51,395 nt of DNA from Bdellovibrionota bacterium (GTDB lineage Bacteria > Bdellovibrionota_C > UBA2361 > OMII01): NCBI GenBank assembly GCA_044356215.1, contig JBIKWQ010000012.1, forward strand, positions 1 to 51,395, written 5' to 3'. Below, piece after piece: positions 18,169-28,149 of the stretch. The notes under the pieces are model-generated. The model was not told the origin of the DNA. It saw only the letters and a program-made list of their open reading frames with translations, and searched no databases. Position numbers and translations under genes: made by a program. Within the stretch, counting starts at the first letter, position 1; the number at the start of each line of letters is the position of its first letter.

Positions 18169-20790
18169 CTACCCCCCAACCAACGAACTCTCAAGCACCC
18201 GTGTCTCTTGGTGACTAACCACCGCCGAATCTCGCAAACCCAACCAACCAAACAACGCTAGCGGCACACGCATCGAGGCTTGAATCGTAGCTTGAGTGCC
18301 ATCACCCGCCGGAGCGGCTTGCACCGCTAAACAGTTTGCTTGCCGCGACTCGCTGCTCGCCTGTTCTTGAGATCCACATCCAGAATCCATCCTAGCTGGT
18401 GGATACGCGGCGTGAACTGTTGAATACACCCGCTCAATGGCGCCACTGGCTATCTGTTCATTGCCATCACCAGAAGACCCTCCCGAACCGGTGTTGAGCT
18501 GCTCAAGGCTACACCTCTCCTGTCCATACCTCTCACAGCACCGATTAGCCACAGCTCGCGAGGTGCCTTCGGCGCAGAGCCACGATTTTTTCTCATCTCC
18601 TTTAATCTCACGGCTCTCCCAACACGAATTCGTTGGCCGCTCTGATGTGATCACCGGCTCCTCATCTTGAGATTTAGATATTACATCTATCCCTTCAGGA
18701 ACCCCATGCCGCTCGCGGTAGCGTTTGACAAACTCCGCCAGCGTATCTACGCAAGTGTCTTTAAAAAGCGGCCTAGTCTCCATAAGTGGCAGATTTATCG
18801 GCAGCGCCGCCCGGCAGCCTTTACTCTCCGCTCCAAAGATTGTTGTGCCCTTGTAGACTAAGCTCTCTTTAGCGCACTCGGGAAACTGCTCACCTGAGCA
18901 AGCTCCCCTAAGCTCAGATCGATCCGAGCTACCGTAAGAGAATCGCGGAGCTGCCACTGTATCTCTCGCTGGCTGATAATCATCGAGAGCGCACTTTGAT
19001 AGCGCGTCACCTGGAAGAAAGTAATTTGGCTCGCACCCCTTAATGTATTCCCGCGGCTCCTCTTCGCACGAGACATCTGAGATCTTATCGGCGCATTTAT
19101 CGCTAGAGTTTCCGTGAGACCAAAACGAAACTGGCTCAAGTTGTCGCTGACCACTCTGGAAATCACTTCTTAAATTCTCTAAGGCATCTGGTATTAAACC
19201 TAAAAACCCCGTGGGAGCGTCGCGCCCACAACTTGTTTCGGCTCCCTCTGAGTAACTAAGAGACGATCCTAGATCGGTAGTATTAAAGGACGTGCGCATC
19301 GGCGCTACTGAAGCCGAGCAGGTGTTCGGTGCTGCGGAATATCCACATGCGCGACTCTCATGAACGGCGCGAAAGCTCGGATAAAAGATCCGCACATCAC
19401 CACCTGCCCAGGTGATATTAACATCTGGCTTCGTCGTAGCGCCGTCACTCCTCCATTTTAGTTTAAACTTTAAAGTTACAGGCGATCCTACCTCTACAAG
19501 GGGCAAAGTGATGTAGTTCTTACACTCACCACCGTCGTACCCAGCCGCCTTACAAGCGTCTACATAAGACTGGGTTACATCATAAGCGCCCGTTGAGTTA
19601 AAACCAGCGCCTCTCGTCACGAAGTTCCCCCACTGTTTATTGAAAGCGCTGTTCGAACTTGAGCTAGTTCTTTGGAACTCACGGCCTCCTAAGGAAGCAA
19701 TTAACTTATCACTCTGCCACAACTCAAGCTCAACCTGTCCCAAAACACCACGCCACTCGGGCCACGACTTCGAGGAGCTTATATAGCCGTCACCGGCGAC
19801 GTGGATCATCACTGGCACCTTCATCGACGCCCCGTTATAAAGAGCTTCGCTTGAACTTCTGTAGGAACAGCTAGCTGGCGCGCCGGAACCTGGCCAAGAG
19901 ATCCCAGAACCGCCATCAGGCAAAGTTGTCTTAGCTCCTTGATAACAAGGTGCTCTAAAGTTGTAGCTCGTCTCTAAACTCTTTAGGTTGCTCCAGTCAT
20001 TAGAACCTGAGAAGAGATCTGAGATTCCGATGGTAAACGAGCTATCCATCGTCCTACCGACAACCCCCGGGCTAACGCTCTTGGATTTTATCGTTAAAGT
20101 GGGAGCCGCCACTAAACGATTCTCTGATCGAGCGGCTCCTGTATCAGGATCAATAAATCGTGGATTAAGTACCCTCTCGGCTGATGTGGAACCACTACCT
20201 GTTGTAACTATCGGCAGCTCTCTAGTTTTTAAGATATACGCCGCGTGCGCGACTCCGGGAAACATCACCTGATAACGCCTATACGGGTCTTGTGGTTGTG
20301 TGAGAGTTACCTGGGTCAATCGCTTGGTGGCGAATTCAGCTTGATAGATCGATTCATTAAACCAGGAGCTCGTTAATTGATATGAGACTCGCGGGAGTTC
20401 GTAGTAACCATTAAGACCACCACCAGCGATCCGCGCGTTAAATCGGGCTCCCGGCGCCCATCCAGAGCCTGCACTCTGACCACCACACTTAGCGTCACTG
20501 GTGTAGAGACAACGTAGCCCCTCTGTTACCCCCGCGCGCACCGCCCCTCGGGCGTGAAATATCCGCGAGATATCGGAGACTCCAACGAGAAAAACAGCGA
20601 CTCCGAAGAAAACAAGGCTATATTCGAGGAGGTATAAGCCGTGTTGAGATTTAACGCGCCGCTTCAGATTATCTGGGCCTCTTATTATTTGCCCAGAACG
20701 CTCCCGCTCCCTGCTTTTCGCGTCTCTCATCCAGTTAGCCTCGCTTTTGATCAATTCGGCGGATTCTTGCATAAAGTTTTTTAGACTCAA
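18169..20790 (-). CDS. Very large TadE-like (Flp pseudopilin N-terminus) Cys-rich surface protein
   Basis: QHG-LYLLEYSLV plus TM and AVRAGVTEGLRC; TadE-like C-terminal strand (VPLALFGWLG..VVSH); exact start uncertain. Confidence 0.65.
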   Translation of the reverse strand: MSLKNFMQESAELIKSEANWMRDAKSRERERSGQIIRGPDNLKRRVKSQHGLYLLEYSLVFFGVAVFLVGVSDISRIFHARGAVRAGVTEGLRCLYTSDAKCGGQSAGSGWAPGARFNARIAGGGLNGYYELPRVSYQLTSSWFNESIYQAEFATKRLTQVTLTQPQDPYRRYQVMFPGVAHAAYILKTRELPIVTTGSGSTSAERVLNPRFIDPDTGAARSENRLVAAPTLTIKSKSVSPGVVGRTMDSSFTIGISDLFSGSNDWSNLKSLETSYNFRAPCYQGAKTTLPDGGSGISWPGSGAPASCSYRSSSEALYNGASMKVPVMIHVAGDGYISSSKSWPEWRGVLGQVELELWQSDKLIASLGGREFQRTSSSSNSAFNKQWGNFVTRGAGFNSTGAYDVTQSYVDACKAAGYDGGECKNYITLPLVEVGSPVTLKFKLKWRSDGATTKPDVNITWAGGDVRIFYPSFRAVHESRACGYSAAPNTCSASVAPMRTSFNTTDLGSSLSYSEGAETSCGRDAPTGFLGLIPDALENLRSDFQSGQRQLEPVSFWSHGNSSDKCADKISDVSCEEEPREYIKGCEPNYFLPGDALSKCALDDYQPARDTVAAPRFSYGSSDRSELRGACSGEQFPECAKESLVYKGTTIFGAESKGCRAALPINLPLMETRPLFKDTCVDTLAEFVKRYRERHGVPEGIDVISKSQDEEPVITSERPTNSCWESREIKGDEKKSWLCAEGTSRAVANRCCERYGQERCSLEQLNTGSGGSSGDGNEQIASGAIERVYSTVHAAYPPARMDSGCGSQEQASSESRQANCLAVQAAPAGDGTQATIQASMRVPLALFGWLGLRDSAVVSHQETRVLESSLVGG

Positions 20791-20868
20791 GCATTTTTTC
20801 TAAGTGCCGAGGTCAGGGCCTCGCAGTGTTTTTGGTAAACTGCTGGGATAATTAGCAAAGTATTTTTT

Positions 20869-20954
20869 ACCACAGAGGACGCAGAGGACACAGAGAAAAC
20901 CCCATAATTGCCCATAAAATGGCCGCTCTCTGTGTCCTCTGCGTCCTCTGTGGT
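20869..20954. repeat. Perfect 28-bp inverted repeat of the CACAGAGGAC-type family
   Basis: ACCACAGAGGACGCAGAGGACACAGAGA / TCTCTGTGTCCTCTGCGTCCTCTGTGGT with internal 9-bp periodicity. Confidence 0.9.
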
Positions 20955-21023
20955 GATAAAGAACGGCTACGCCCTATGCCCAGGTTCTTGCGGTTTGCGG
21001 GCCATTGGAAGTATCCTCTCGCC

Positions 21024-22697
21024 ATGGCACCAATTATTTTTTCAATGCACAAAGTCAGTCGCGTCCACCCACCTGGAAAGCAGGTATTAAAGGACATCTC
21101 TCTATCATTTTTCGAGGGCGCTAAGATCGGCGTAGTGGGTCTAAACGGCTCAGGAAAATCGAGCTTTCTTAAGATCGTCGCCGGCCTCGACAAGGAGTAC
21201 AACGGTGATGTCACCTACAGACCCAATCTTACCATTGGCTACCTTGAACAGGAGCCTAAGCTAGATCCAACCAAGACGGTCAAAGAGAACGTAATGGAGG
21301 GATGCAAAGAAGCCGCTTCTTTATTAAGTGAATTTGAGGCCATCAGCGCTAAACTAGGTGAAGATATCACTCCAGAGGAGATGGAGGCGCTGATCGACAA
21401 GCAGGCCGCCCTGCAAGATAAGATCGACGCCATCGGCGCTTGGGAGCTAGATCGCACACTTGAGATCGCGATGGACGCGTTGCGGTGCCCTCCCGCGGAC
21501 TCGACCGTTGATAAACTATCTGGTGGTGAAAAGCGTCGTGTGGCTCTCTGTAAACTATTACTTGAGAAACCTGAGCTGCTTTTACTAGACGAGCCCACTA
21601 ACCATTTAGACGCGGAGTCGGTAGCTTGGCTTGAGCGCCACCTAAGCGAGTACCCAGGAGCGGTTGTTTGCGTAACTCATGATCGCTACTTCCTTGATAA
21701 TGTAGCCAAGTGGATCCTTGAGCTTGATCGCGGATACGGCGTTCCTTGGGAGGGTAACTACTCAAGCTGGCTCGATCAGAAGAAGTCACGGCTAGAGCTA
21801 GAGGAGAAATCCGAGTCAAAGCGGCAGAAAACCCTCGCTAGAGAGCTTGAGTGGATCCAGCAATCTCCACGCGCTAGGCAGGCTAAATCTAAAGCCCGTA
21901 TTAAGGCTTACGAGGAGCTGCTTAATGTTGAGCAGGAGAAACAGGTTGAGGAGCTTGAGATCTATATCCCACCTGGACCAAGACTCGGCGAGGTTGTGAT
22001 ACAGGCAAACGATGTGGCGAAGAGCTACGGCGACAGAGTGTTGTTTGATAAACTAAACTTCAACCTTCCGCGTGGAGGTATAGTTGGGGTTATCGGTCCA
22101 AACGGCGCTGGTAAGACAACTTTATTTAAGTTAATCACAGCGAAAGAGAACGCTGATGGTGGCTCGTTTAAAGTTGGAGATACAGTGGCTTTGTCTTATG
22201 TCGATCAGAGCCGAGATACGCTTGATAACAACAAGAGTGTCTACGATGAGATCTCTGGTGGCGATGAGATCATTAAGCTAGGGACACGTGAGTTTAACGC
22301 CAGGGCCTACGTTGCGCGCTTTAACTTCGCCGGACCAGATCAGCAGAAGAAGGTTGGTACCCTCTCAGGAGGAGAGAGAAACCGGGTGCACTTAGCTAAG
22401 ATGTTAAGGTCCGGCGGAAACGTAATCCTTCTCGATGAGCCTACTAACGATCTCGACGTAAACACCCTGAGAGCTCTTGAAGAGGCGCTCCTAAGTTTTG
22501 CTGGCTGCGCGGTGGTAATTAGCCATGATCGCTGGTTCTTGGATCGCATAGCGACGCACATCTTAGCTTTTGAGGGTGATAGCCAGGTTGTTTGGTTTGA
22601 GGGTAACTATCAGGACTACGAAGCCGATCGTCGCCGCAGACTGGGGGCCGATGCAGATACCCCGCACCGGATTAAGTATCGGAAGTTGACGCACTGA
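21024..22697 (+). CDS. ettA: Energy-dependent translational throttle protein EttA (ABC-F)
   Basis: Two ABC domains, [50 protein letters not shown]; start MAPIIFSM. Confidence 0.96.
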   Translation: MAPIIFSMHKVSRVHPPGKQVLKDISLSFFEGAKIGVVGLNGSGKSSFLKIVAGLDKEYNGDVTYRPNLTIGYLEQEPKLDPTKTVKENVMEGCKEAASLLSEFEAISAKLGEDITPEEMEALIDKQAALQDKIDAIGAWELDRTLEIAMDALRCPPADSTVDKLSGGEKRRVALCKLLLEKPELLLLDEPTNHLDAESVAWLERHLSEYPGAVVCVTHDRYFLDNVAKWILELDRGYGVPWEGNYSSWLDQKKSRLELEEKSESKRQKTLARELEWIQQSPRARQAKSKARIKAYEELLNVEQEKQVEELEIYIPPGPRLGEVVIQANDVAKSYGDRVLFDKLNFNLPRGGIVGVIGPNGAGKTTLFKLITAKENADGGSFKVGDTVALSYVDQSRDTLDNNKSVYDEISGGDEIIKLGTREFNARAYVARFNFAGPDQQKKVGTLSGGERNRVHLAKMLRSGGNVILLDEPTNDLDVNTLRALEEALLSFAGCAVVISHDRWFLDRIATHILAFEGDSQVVWFEGNYQDYEADRRRRLGADADTPHRIKYRKLTH

Positions 22698-22755
22698 GGG
22701 TACCTCATTAAACGTAAAGCTTATTTCCCCCATCCTTCCAACCACTTATTGCTTG

Positions 22756-22783
22756 TTGACTCCATTGTCATAACGGATACAAT
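22756..22783 (+). promoter_or_regulatory. Putative sigma70 promoter of hppA
   Basis: TTGACT-N16-TACAAT. Confidence 0.5.
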
Positions 22784-22935
22784 CCTGACGCCCATTTTCT
22801 AAAGCACTTTTTAAGGTGGGCAACCCTTTTCCTCGGGTGCTTAGGCTGCATGTTTCTTAAAATGTGTGGGCTAATTTGAGAGCTAAAATGCTCTCTCCGA
22901 GCACCTATAACTTTAATTAGTCGTACCAGGACATT

Positions 22936-25005
22936 ATGGACCAATCATTACTTTTTATTCTTACCTGGGCCACGCCACTCTTTGGCTTGGTCGCTTTCGC
23001 CCTGGCGTACAGCCTCTACTCAACCGTTAAAGCGATGCCTGCCGGCAACGCACGGATGCAGGAGATTAGCGGAGCTATCCGTGACGGAGCTATCGCTTAT
23101 CTTAAGCAGCAGGCACAGTACCTGGTAGTTTTCATCGCATGCGCTTTTCTACTGATCTGGGCATCACTTAGTCTACCTACGGCTGTGGCCTTTATCTTTG
23201 GAGCTGGCAGTTCACTATTGGCCGGCTATCTCGGCATGAGGTCTGCAACTATCTCAAACGTTCGCACAGCTCAAGCGGCCTCAGATAACAATCCCGGACA
23301 GGCGCTAATGGTAGCCTTTCAGGGTGGAGCTGTAATGGGACTTACTGTAGCAGCCCTTGGATTAATCGGTGTTGGTGTCCTCTTCTTAATCTACGGAACC
23401 CCAGCTCACCACGAGCCGATTATCGGCTTTGCGATGGGAGCTTCATCTGTAGCGCTCTTCGCCCGTGTGGGTGGAGGTATCTACACTAAGGCGGCGGATG
23501 TGGGTTCTGACCTTGTAGGTAAGGTTGAGGCCGGTATTCCAGAGGACGATCCGCGTAACCCTGGCGTTATCGCTGATAACGTTGGTGACAACGTTGGTGA
23601 CGTAGCTGGAATGGGCGCTGATATATTTGAGTCTTACGTAACTTGCCTAATCGGATGCTTAGCTCTTGCGGCTACACTTAGTGTTGACTGGATCACCAAG
23701 ATCACCAATTACGTGCCTGGCCAGGGAGCAATGACAGAGGAAGCAGCTCGTATATGGCTAATGGCAACTCCGTTAATCCTTGGATTACTCGGTACTATAG
23801 CATCTTTCATCGCAATTAAGTGGATGTCCTTTCTAAAGGATGGAGATCCAGCTAAGGCGCTCAGAACCACGATCCTTCTGGCATCGGTATTCTTTGTCGC
23901 TGGATGCTTTGGGCTCTTCTTAATTACTCCAGTAAATCTCAACCTCTGGTGGCCAGTGGTATTTGGAACACTTTGTGGTATCGGTATCGGCTTAACGACC
24001 GAGTACTACACATCGTCTAAGCCAGTTTACGAGATCGTGAACGCGGCTAAGACCGGTCCAGCGACCTGCGTTATCAGCGGCATCGCCGTTGGTTTCCGCA
24101 GCGTAGCGTTGCCATTGGCAATCATCGTTGTAGCTGTTCTAGTTTCCAACTACTTTGCTGGTGTTTACGGTGTAGCCCTAGCCGGTGTGGCGATGCTCTC
24201 AACTACTGGAATCGTTATGACGATCGATGCTTATGGGCCGATCGCTGATAACGCCGGTGGAATCTCAGAGATGGCGCACCTCGGTGCTGAGACTCGCGCT
24301 ATTACAGATAAGCTAGACGCTCTTGGTAACACAACGGCGGCTATCGGAAAGGGATTCGCGATCGGCTCAGCTGGATTAACAGCTTTGGCTGTGTTTGGCG
24401 CTTACACTCAGACCTTTTCGGCGAAGAACGTGGCGATCGATCTCAGCATCACCAACCCGATGCTGGTTGCTGGAGTGTTTATCGGCGCGATCCTTCCAGG
24501 GCTTATCGTTTGCTTTACGATGCAGTCTGTAGGTCGCGCGGCCTCGATGATTGTTACTGAGATTCGCAGACAGTTCCGTGAGATCTCCGGACTCCTCGAG
24601 GGACGTGAGGGTGTGAAGCCAGATGTATCTCGTTGTGTTGAGATCTCAACGAAAGCCGCTCTCTCCGAGATGCGCACCCCTGGACTAGTCGCTATTATCG
24701 CACCAGTACTTGTTGGTTTCTTGATGGGACCAGCGGCATTGGCTGGACTCCTTCTCGGTACAACCGTAGTTGGAGTTGTTCTTGGCATCTTCATGTCAAA
24801 CACCGGCGGCGCTTGGGATAACGCCAAGAAGTTTATCGAGCAGGGGCTTGTTGAGGGCGAGAAGAAGGGTTCCGACGCTCACAAGGCAGCTGTTGTAGGT
24901 GATACGATTGGAGATCCTTTCAAGGATACCTCAGGACCATCACTGAATATCTTAATTAAGCTAGTTTCGATCCTCTCGCTGCTAATAGCTCCGCTATTGG
25001 CTTAA
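22936..25005 (+). CDS. hppA: Membrane-bound pyrophosphatase, K+-dependent, probably Na+-translocating
   Basis: DVGSDLVGKVE, EDDPRN, DNVGDNVGD; GNTTAA (Ala = K+-dependent); GADIFESY (Glu at the Na+-PPase position). Confidence 0.95.
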   Translation: MDQSLLFILTWATPLFGLVAFALAYSLYSTVKAMPAGNARMQEISGAIRDGAIAYLKQQAQYLVVFIACAFLLIWASLSLPTAVAFIFGAGSSLLAGYLGMRSATISNVRTAQAASDNNPGQALMVAFQGGAVMGLTVAALGLIGVGVLFLIYGTPAHHEPIIGFAMGASSVALFARVGGGIYTKAADVGSDLVGKVEAGIPEDDPRNPGVIADNVGDNVGDVAGMGADIFESYVTCLIGCLALAATLSVDWITKITNYVPGQGAMTEEAARIWLMATPLILGLLGTIASFIAIKWMSFLKDGDPAKALRTTILLASVFFVAGCFGLFLITPVNLNLWWPVVFGTLCGIGIGLTTEYYTSSKPVYEIVNAAKTGPATCVISGIAVGFRSVALPLAIIVVAVLVSNYFAGVYGVALAGVAMLSTTGIVMTIDAYGPIADNAGGISEMAHLGAETRAITDKLDALGNTTAAIGKGFAIGSAGLTALAVFGAYTQTFSAKNVAIDLSITNPMLVAGVFIGAILPGLIVCFTMQSVGRAASMIVTEIRRQFREISGLLEGREGVKPDVSRCVEISTKAALSEMRTPGLVAIIAPVLVGFLMGPAALAGLLLGTTVVGVVLGIFMSNTGGAWDNAKKFIEQGLVEGEKKGSDAHKAAVVGDTIGDPFKDTSGPSLNILIKLVSILSLLIAPLLA

Positions 25006-25022
25006 GGAAGGTTCAAGCAGCC

Positions 25023-25061
25023 AACCCCGCCGGAAGATTTCGGTCTTTCGGCGGGGTTTTT
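25023..25061 (+). terminator. Rho-independent terminator after hppA
   Basis: AACCCCGCCGGAAGA-loop-TCTTTCGGCGGGGTT followed by a T run. Confidence 0.85.
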
Positions 25062-25065
25062 GTAT

Positions 25066-25560
25066 CTACATACTCTCCACCGCGTCGCGAATCGCTTTAA
25101 GCATCTTCTTTACGATGTGATCAACAACGTCTTTTATCGAGACGATTCCGATCGGAATATTATCTTGGTCGACTATCGGTATGTGCCTAAAGCCTCCGTT
25201 CGACATAAGATTTAACGCGAACGCCAACGACGCGTCAGGTCGCTCACAGATCGGATGCTTGGTCATAAAATCAGAGACTGGTAGTGATAAATCGCTAACT
25301 TTCCCCAGAATCTTCATCAAACAATCGCGCTCTGTAAAGATCCCCTGCACAGTTCCATCTGATCCTACTATCACTAGACTTCCCACCGAGTGTGCCCTCA
25401 TCTTTTCGATACAGAACTCGAGTGAAACCGCGCCGGACACCGTGTATGGCTCTTTCAAGCCGATCGATCCGATGCTGTCGCAGAGCAGAGTTGGCGGTAT
25501 CAACTCAACACCAACTATGCACGCTGTTTGAATTGAATGCATTAAGTCTTTCTTTTCCAT
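25066..25560 (-). CDS. CBS domain-pair protein
   Basis: GIFTERD, FRHIPIVD..PIGIVSIKD. Confidence 0.92.
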   Translation of the reverse strand: MEKKDLMHSIQTACIVGVELIPPTLLCDSIGSIGLKEPYTVSGAVSLEFCIEKMRAHSVGSLVIVGSDGTVQGIFTERDCLMKILGKVSDLSLPVSDFMTKHPICERPDASLAFALNLMSNGGFRHIPIVDQDNIPIGIVSIKDVVDHIVKKMLKAIRDAVESM

Positions 25561-25564
25561 ATCG

Positions 25565-27016
25565 CTACCCCTTCTTTAAATTAGCTCCCTCAATAATCCA
25601 CTCTGATTGATGATCGGGTCTTCTAAAACTTATTGGCCCTTTCATCTCCTCCTTAATATCCAGCCTGACCTCTCCTGACGTCAGGGAAACCCCCGCGTGC
25701 GCTACTCCGGAGACAGTGATGACAGCGTCTGATTGTGTTGGCTTAGACTCACGCATCTGCCGCTCCTGATCCCTTAGCTTGGTCAGAGAATTTACAACGC
25801 TATCGTATTTATCAAGGAGGCTTGAGATCTTTAACTTAAACTCCTTCTTAAGAAGCGGAACACGTCGGCGATTCTTTAGATATGGTCCGATGTGGAGTTC
25901 TAAAGCGGCGACCGCCGCCTCGTGCTTCTTGATCGAAGCCGCAAGAACTCGATACTCCTTGGTAACTTCTAATTCATTTTTTATCTCGACTATCGTAGTA
26001 ACTCCCGCCTCATTTCCAAGGGTCTTTGCTTCTAAGCCACGCACGCACCAAACATTTCCTCCAACAATAGCTGCTTTCGAGGCGAACACGGAGATTCCGG
26101 CGCTGAGAGAACAATCACGAGCTTCTCTTTCTACATAGATATTTCCCCCGACATTCGCGACAACTCCACTTGCAATCGCGACCGAGTAATCACCTTTAGC
26201 CACTAATGGGGGAGACTCAGCTCCTAGATGGTATCCCCTAATCGAGATCGAACCCTGGCTACTTAAAACATTCTCTCCGAGAACCGCGCCCTTTATGTCG
26301 ATGCCTCCGCGCGCCTTGATATGGAAACCCTTTTGAACATCGCCTCCAATTTTTACATTCCCAACAAAATCGATATGACCGAAATTCCAATCGAGATTTC
26401 CAGGCACTATTAGAGTATCTCGTACTGAGATCGCCGCGCCCTCGTCGTGAATGTATCCCGACACAGTCGCTATAGCTGATATATAGTTCTCATGCTGCGG
26501 ATCGCTCCGCAGCTCTACCGAACGATCCCACCTTACATTTACTGGCTTACCCGCTTTCGATGGGATCTCTTTACCTTGCGCGTCGATCCCGGCCTGGCCA
26601 CTCGCTGGTTTATAGACCCGCGCGATCTCTGCGCCTAGCTCTATATTCTCGAACAGTCCCAGAGTAAAAAAATCAGAGAACTCCCGTTCCTCTGAGATAT
26701 GCTTACCCGGACAGAACCTACGAGCGAGCCAAACGATCTTTCCGTCTCGGCCGTCGCTTGGCAGTCGCCCCTCAGCCACCCTCCTTGAGTCGCACCCCTT
26801 ACCGCGACGAAGCTCCTCTACTATGTCTTTAATTACGTCGTGCTCAAGTAGATCCGGACGACTCACTGAGGAGATCTCCTTGACTATCACTTCAAGGCTT
26901 GCCTCGTGACATCTGTCTCTGGGCTCAACCCGCGCAAACAGCTTCTGCTTGTCGTCAGAAAGCGACAGCTCTAAGAGCTTTATATCATCCTGTGCTTTAT
27001 GAACTACTTTCATCAC
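25565..27016 (-). CDS. DUF342/FapA family protein
   Basis: GRLPSDGRDG, GHIDFVGNVKIGGDV..GFHIKARG beta-helix, LGNEAGVTT, coiled coil. Confidence 0.88.
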   Translation of the reverse strand: MMKVVHKAQDDIKLLELSLSDDKQKLFARVEPRDRCHEASLEVIVKEISSVSRPDLLEHDVIKDIVEELRRGKGCDSRRVAEGRLPSDGRDGKIVWLARRFCPGKHISEEREFSDFFTLGLFENIELGAEIARVYKPASGQAGIDAQGKEIPSKAGKPVNVRWDRSVELRSDPQHENYISAIATVSGYIHDEGAAISVRDTLIVPGNLDWNFGHIDFVGNVKIGGDVQKGFHIKARGGIDIKGAVLGENVLSSQGSISIRGYHLGAESPPLVAKGDYSVAIASGVVANVGGNIYVEREARDCSLSAGISVFASKAAIVGGNVWCVRGLEAKTLGNEAGVTTIVEIKNELEVTKEYRVLAASIKKHEAAVAALELHIGPYLKNRRRVPLLKKEFKLKISSLLDKYDSVVNSLTKLRDQERQMRESKPTQSDAVITVSGVAHAGVSLTSGEVRLDIKEEMKGPISFRRPDHQSEWIIEGANLKKG

Positions 27017-27216
27017 TAAACAGAGCTAGGCTTCCCTATGGAGTATCGGCTCACTAGCTTAAATGCATAAACAGCGGATTTAGCTTGTTTATATACCTGT
27101 TTTGACTTGACTTTTTCGCATACACAGCTGAACACGCGCCACTTCTTTGCCACCCCTGGACAAAGATCTTATCATCAGGTGCCTGAATTTTTCCTCGCTT
27201 GTCTATAGATCTGTTT

Positions 27217-28026
27217 ATGCCAGAACTACCTGAAGTTGAATCCACAGTAAGATATTTAAGGGAGCGGATAGTTGGTGAGAAGATCACTGATTGCGTTGTC
27301 CTTTGGCCTAGAACTATTCACACATCTAAACCAAAAAATTTTCAGGCTGCTCTCTCTGGATCTATCATCACCGAGGTCTTTAGACGTGGGAAGTTTATCG
27401 GAGTCTCTATATCAAGTGAACAGAAGCAGTTTCTATTTGTTCATCTGCGAATGAGTGGCTCTCTTGATGTTATCTCAAGCAAGACAGAGATCGCCAAGCA
27501 CGATCGAGTCGTGATCTATTTAGCTAACGGCAAAAGCATTCGTTTTAATGACACAAGAAAGTTTGGTCGGATCTATCTCTGCCGCGATCAGAGCGATGTA
27601 GTTGGAAGACTAGGGGTTGAGCCGCTCTCTGATGAGTTCTCTCCAGAGCACCTACTAGATATAACTCGCGGAAAGAGGACTCGGATCAAAGCGTTTTTAC
27701 TTGATCAGGAAAAGATCGCAGGGCTTGGAAATATCTACGTTGATGAATCCCTCTGGAAGGCACGAATCCACCCGTGCCTTCCCGCGGAGCGTTTATCTCT
27801 CGCAAAATGCGTCGACCTTCATAAAGCGGTAAGAACAACACTAAGCGAGGCGATTGAGTTATCTGGAACTGACTTCGGGGATGGGGTAGTGCAAGACGGA
27901 ATGTACTCGCCTGTGATTTACGGCCGAGATGGCCAGCCATGCGGAAGATGCAAAGCCACGATACGTAAAACCAGGGTGCAGCAGCGCGGGACTCATTACT
28001 GTCCTAGGTGTCAGAAACTTAGATAA
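27217..28026 (+). CDS. mutM: Formamidopyrimidine-DNA glycosylase
   Basis: MPELPEVE, RRGKF, HLRMSG, GLGNIYVDE, C4 zinc finger. Confidence 0.97.
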   Translation: MPELPEVESTVRYLRERIVGEKITDCVVLWPRTIHTSKPKNFQAALSGSIITEVFRRGKFIGVSISSEQKQFLFVHLRMSGSLDVISSKTEIAKHDRVVIYLANGKSIRFNDTRKFGRIYLCRDQSDVVGRLGVEPLSDEFSPEHLLDITRGKRTRIKAFLLDQEKIAGLGNIYVDESLWKARIHPCLPAERLSLAKCVDLHKAVRTTLSEAIELSGTDFGDGVVQDGMYSPVIYGRDGQPCGRCKATIRKTRVQQRGTHYCPRCQKLR

Positions 28027-28149
28027 GGTGTAACTAGTCAGCAAATCTAGCCACAATAAGTAAAATGAGATACCGGCCCGCAAACGGCGCGATTAGCGCC
28101 GTTATCGAGCAAAAACTCGCGTAAGCGAGGTTTTGACTCGGTGACTCAT

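Noticed and set aside
20919..21023. N-terminal extension of EttA ([12 protein letters not shown]..) and ORF 20867-21214
   Set aside because: Translation of the hairpin repeat; EttA homology begins at MAPIIFSM
27043..27069. sigma28-like promoter (GCCGATAC) upstream of the FapA-family gene
   Set aside because: The -10 is good but the -35 (TATG versus TAAA) is weak; insufficient support
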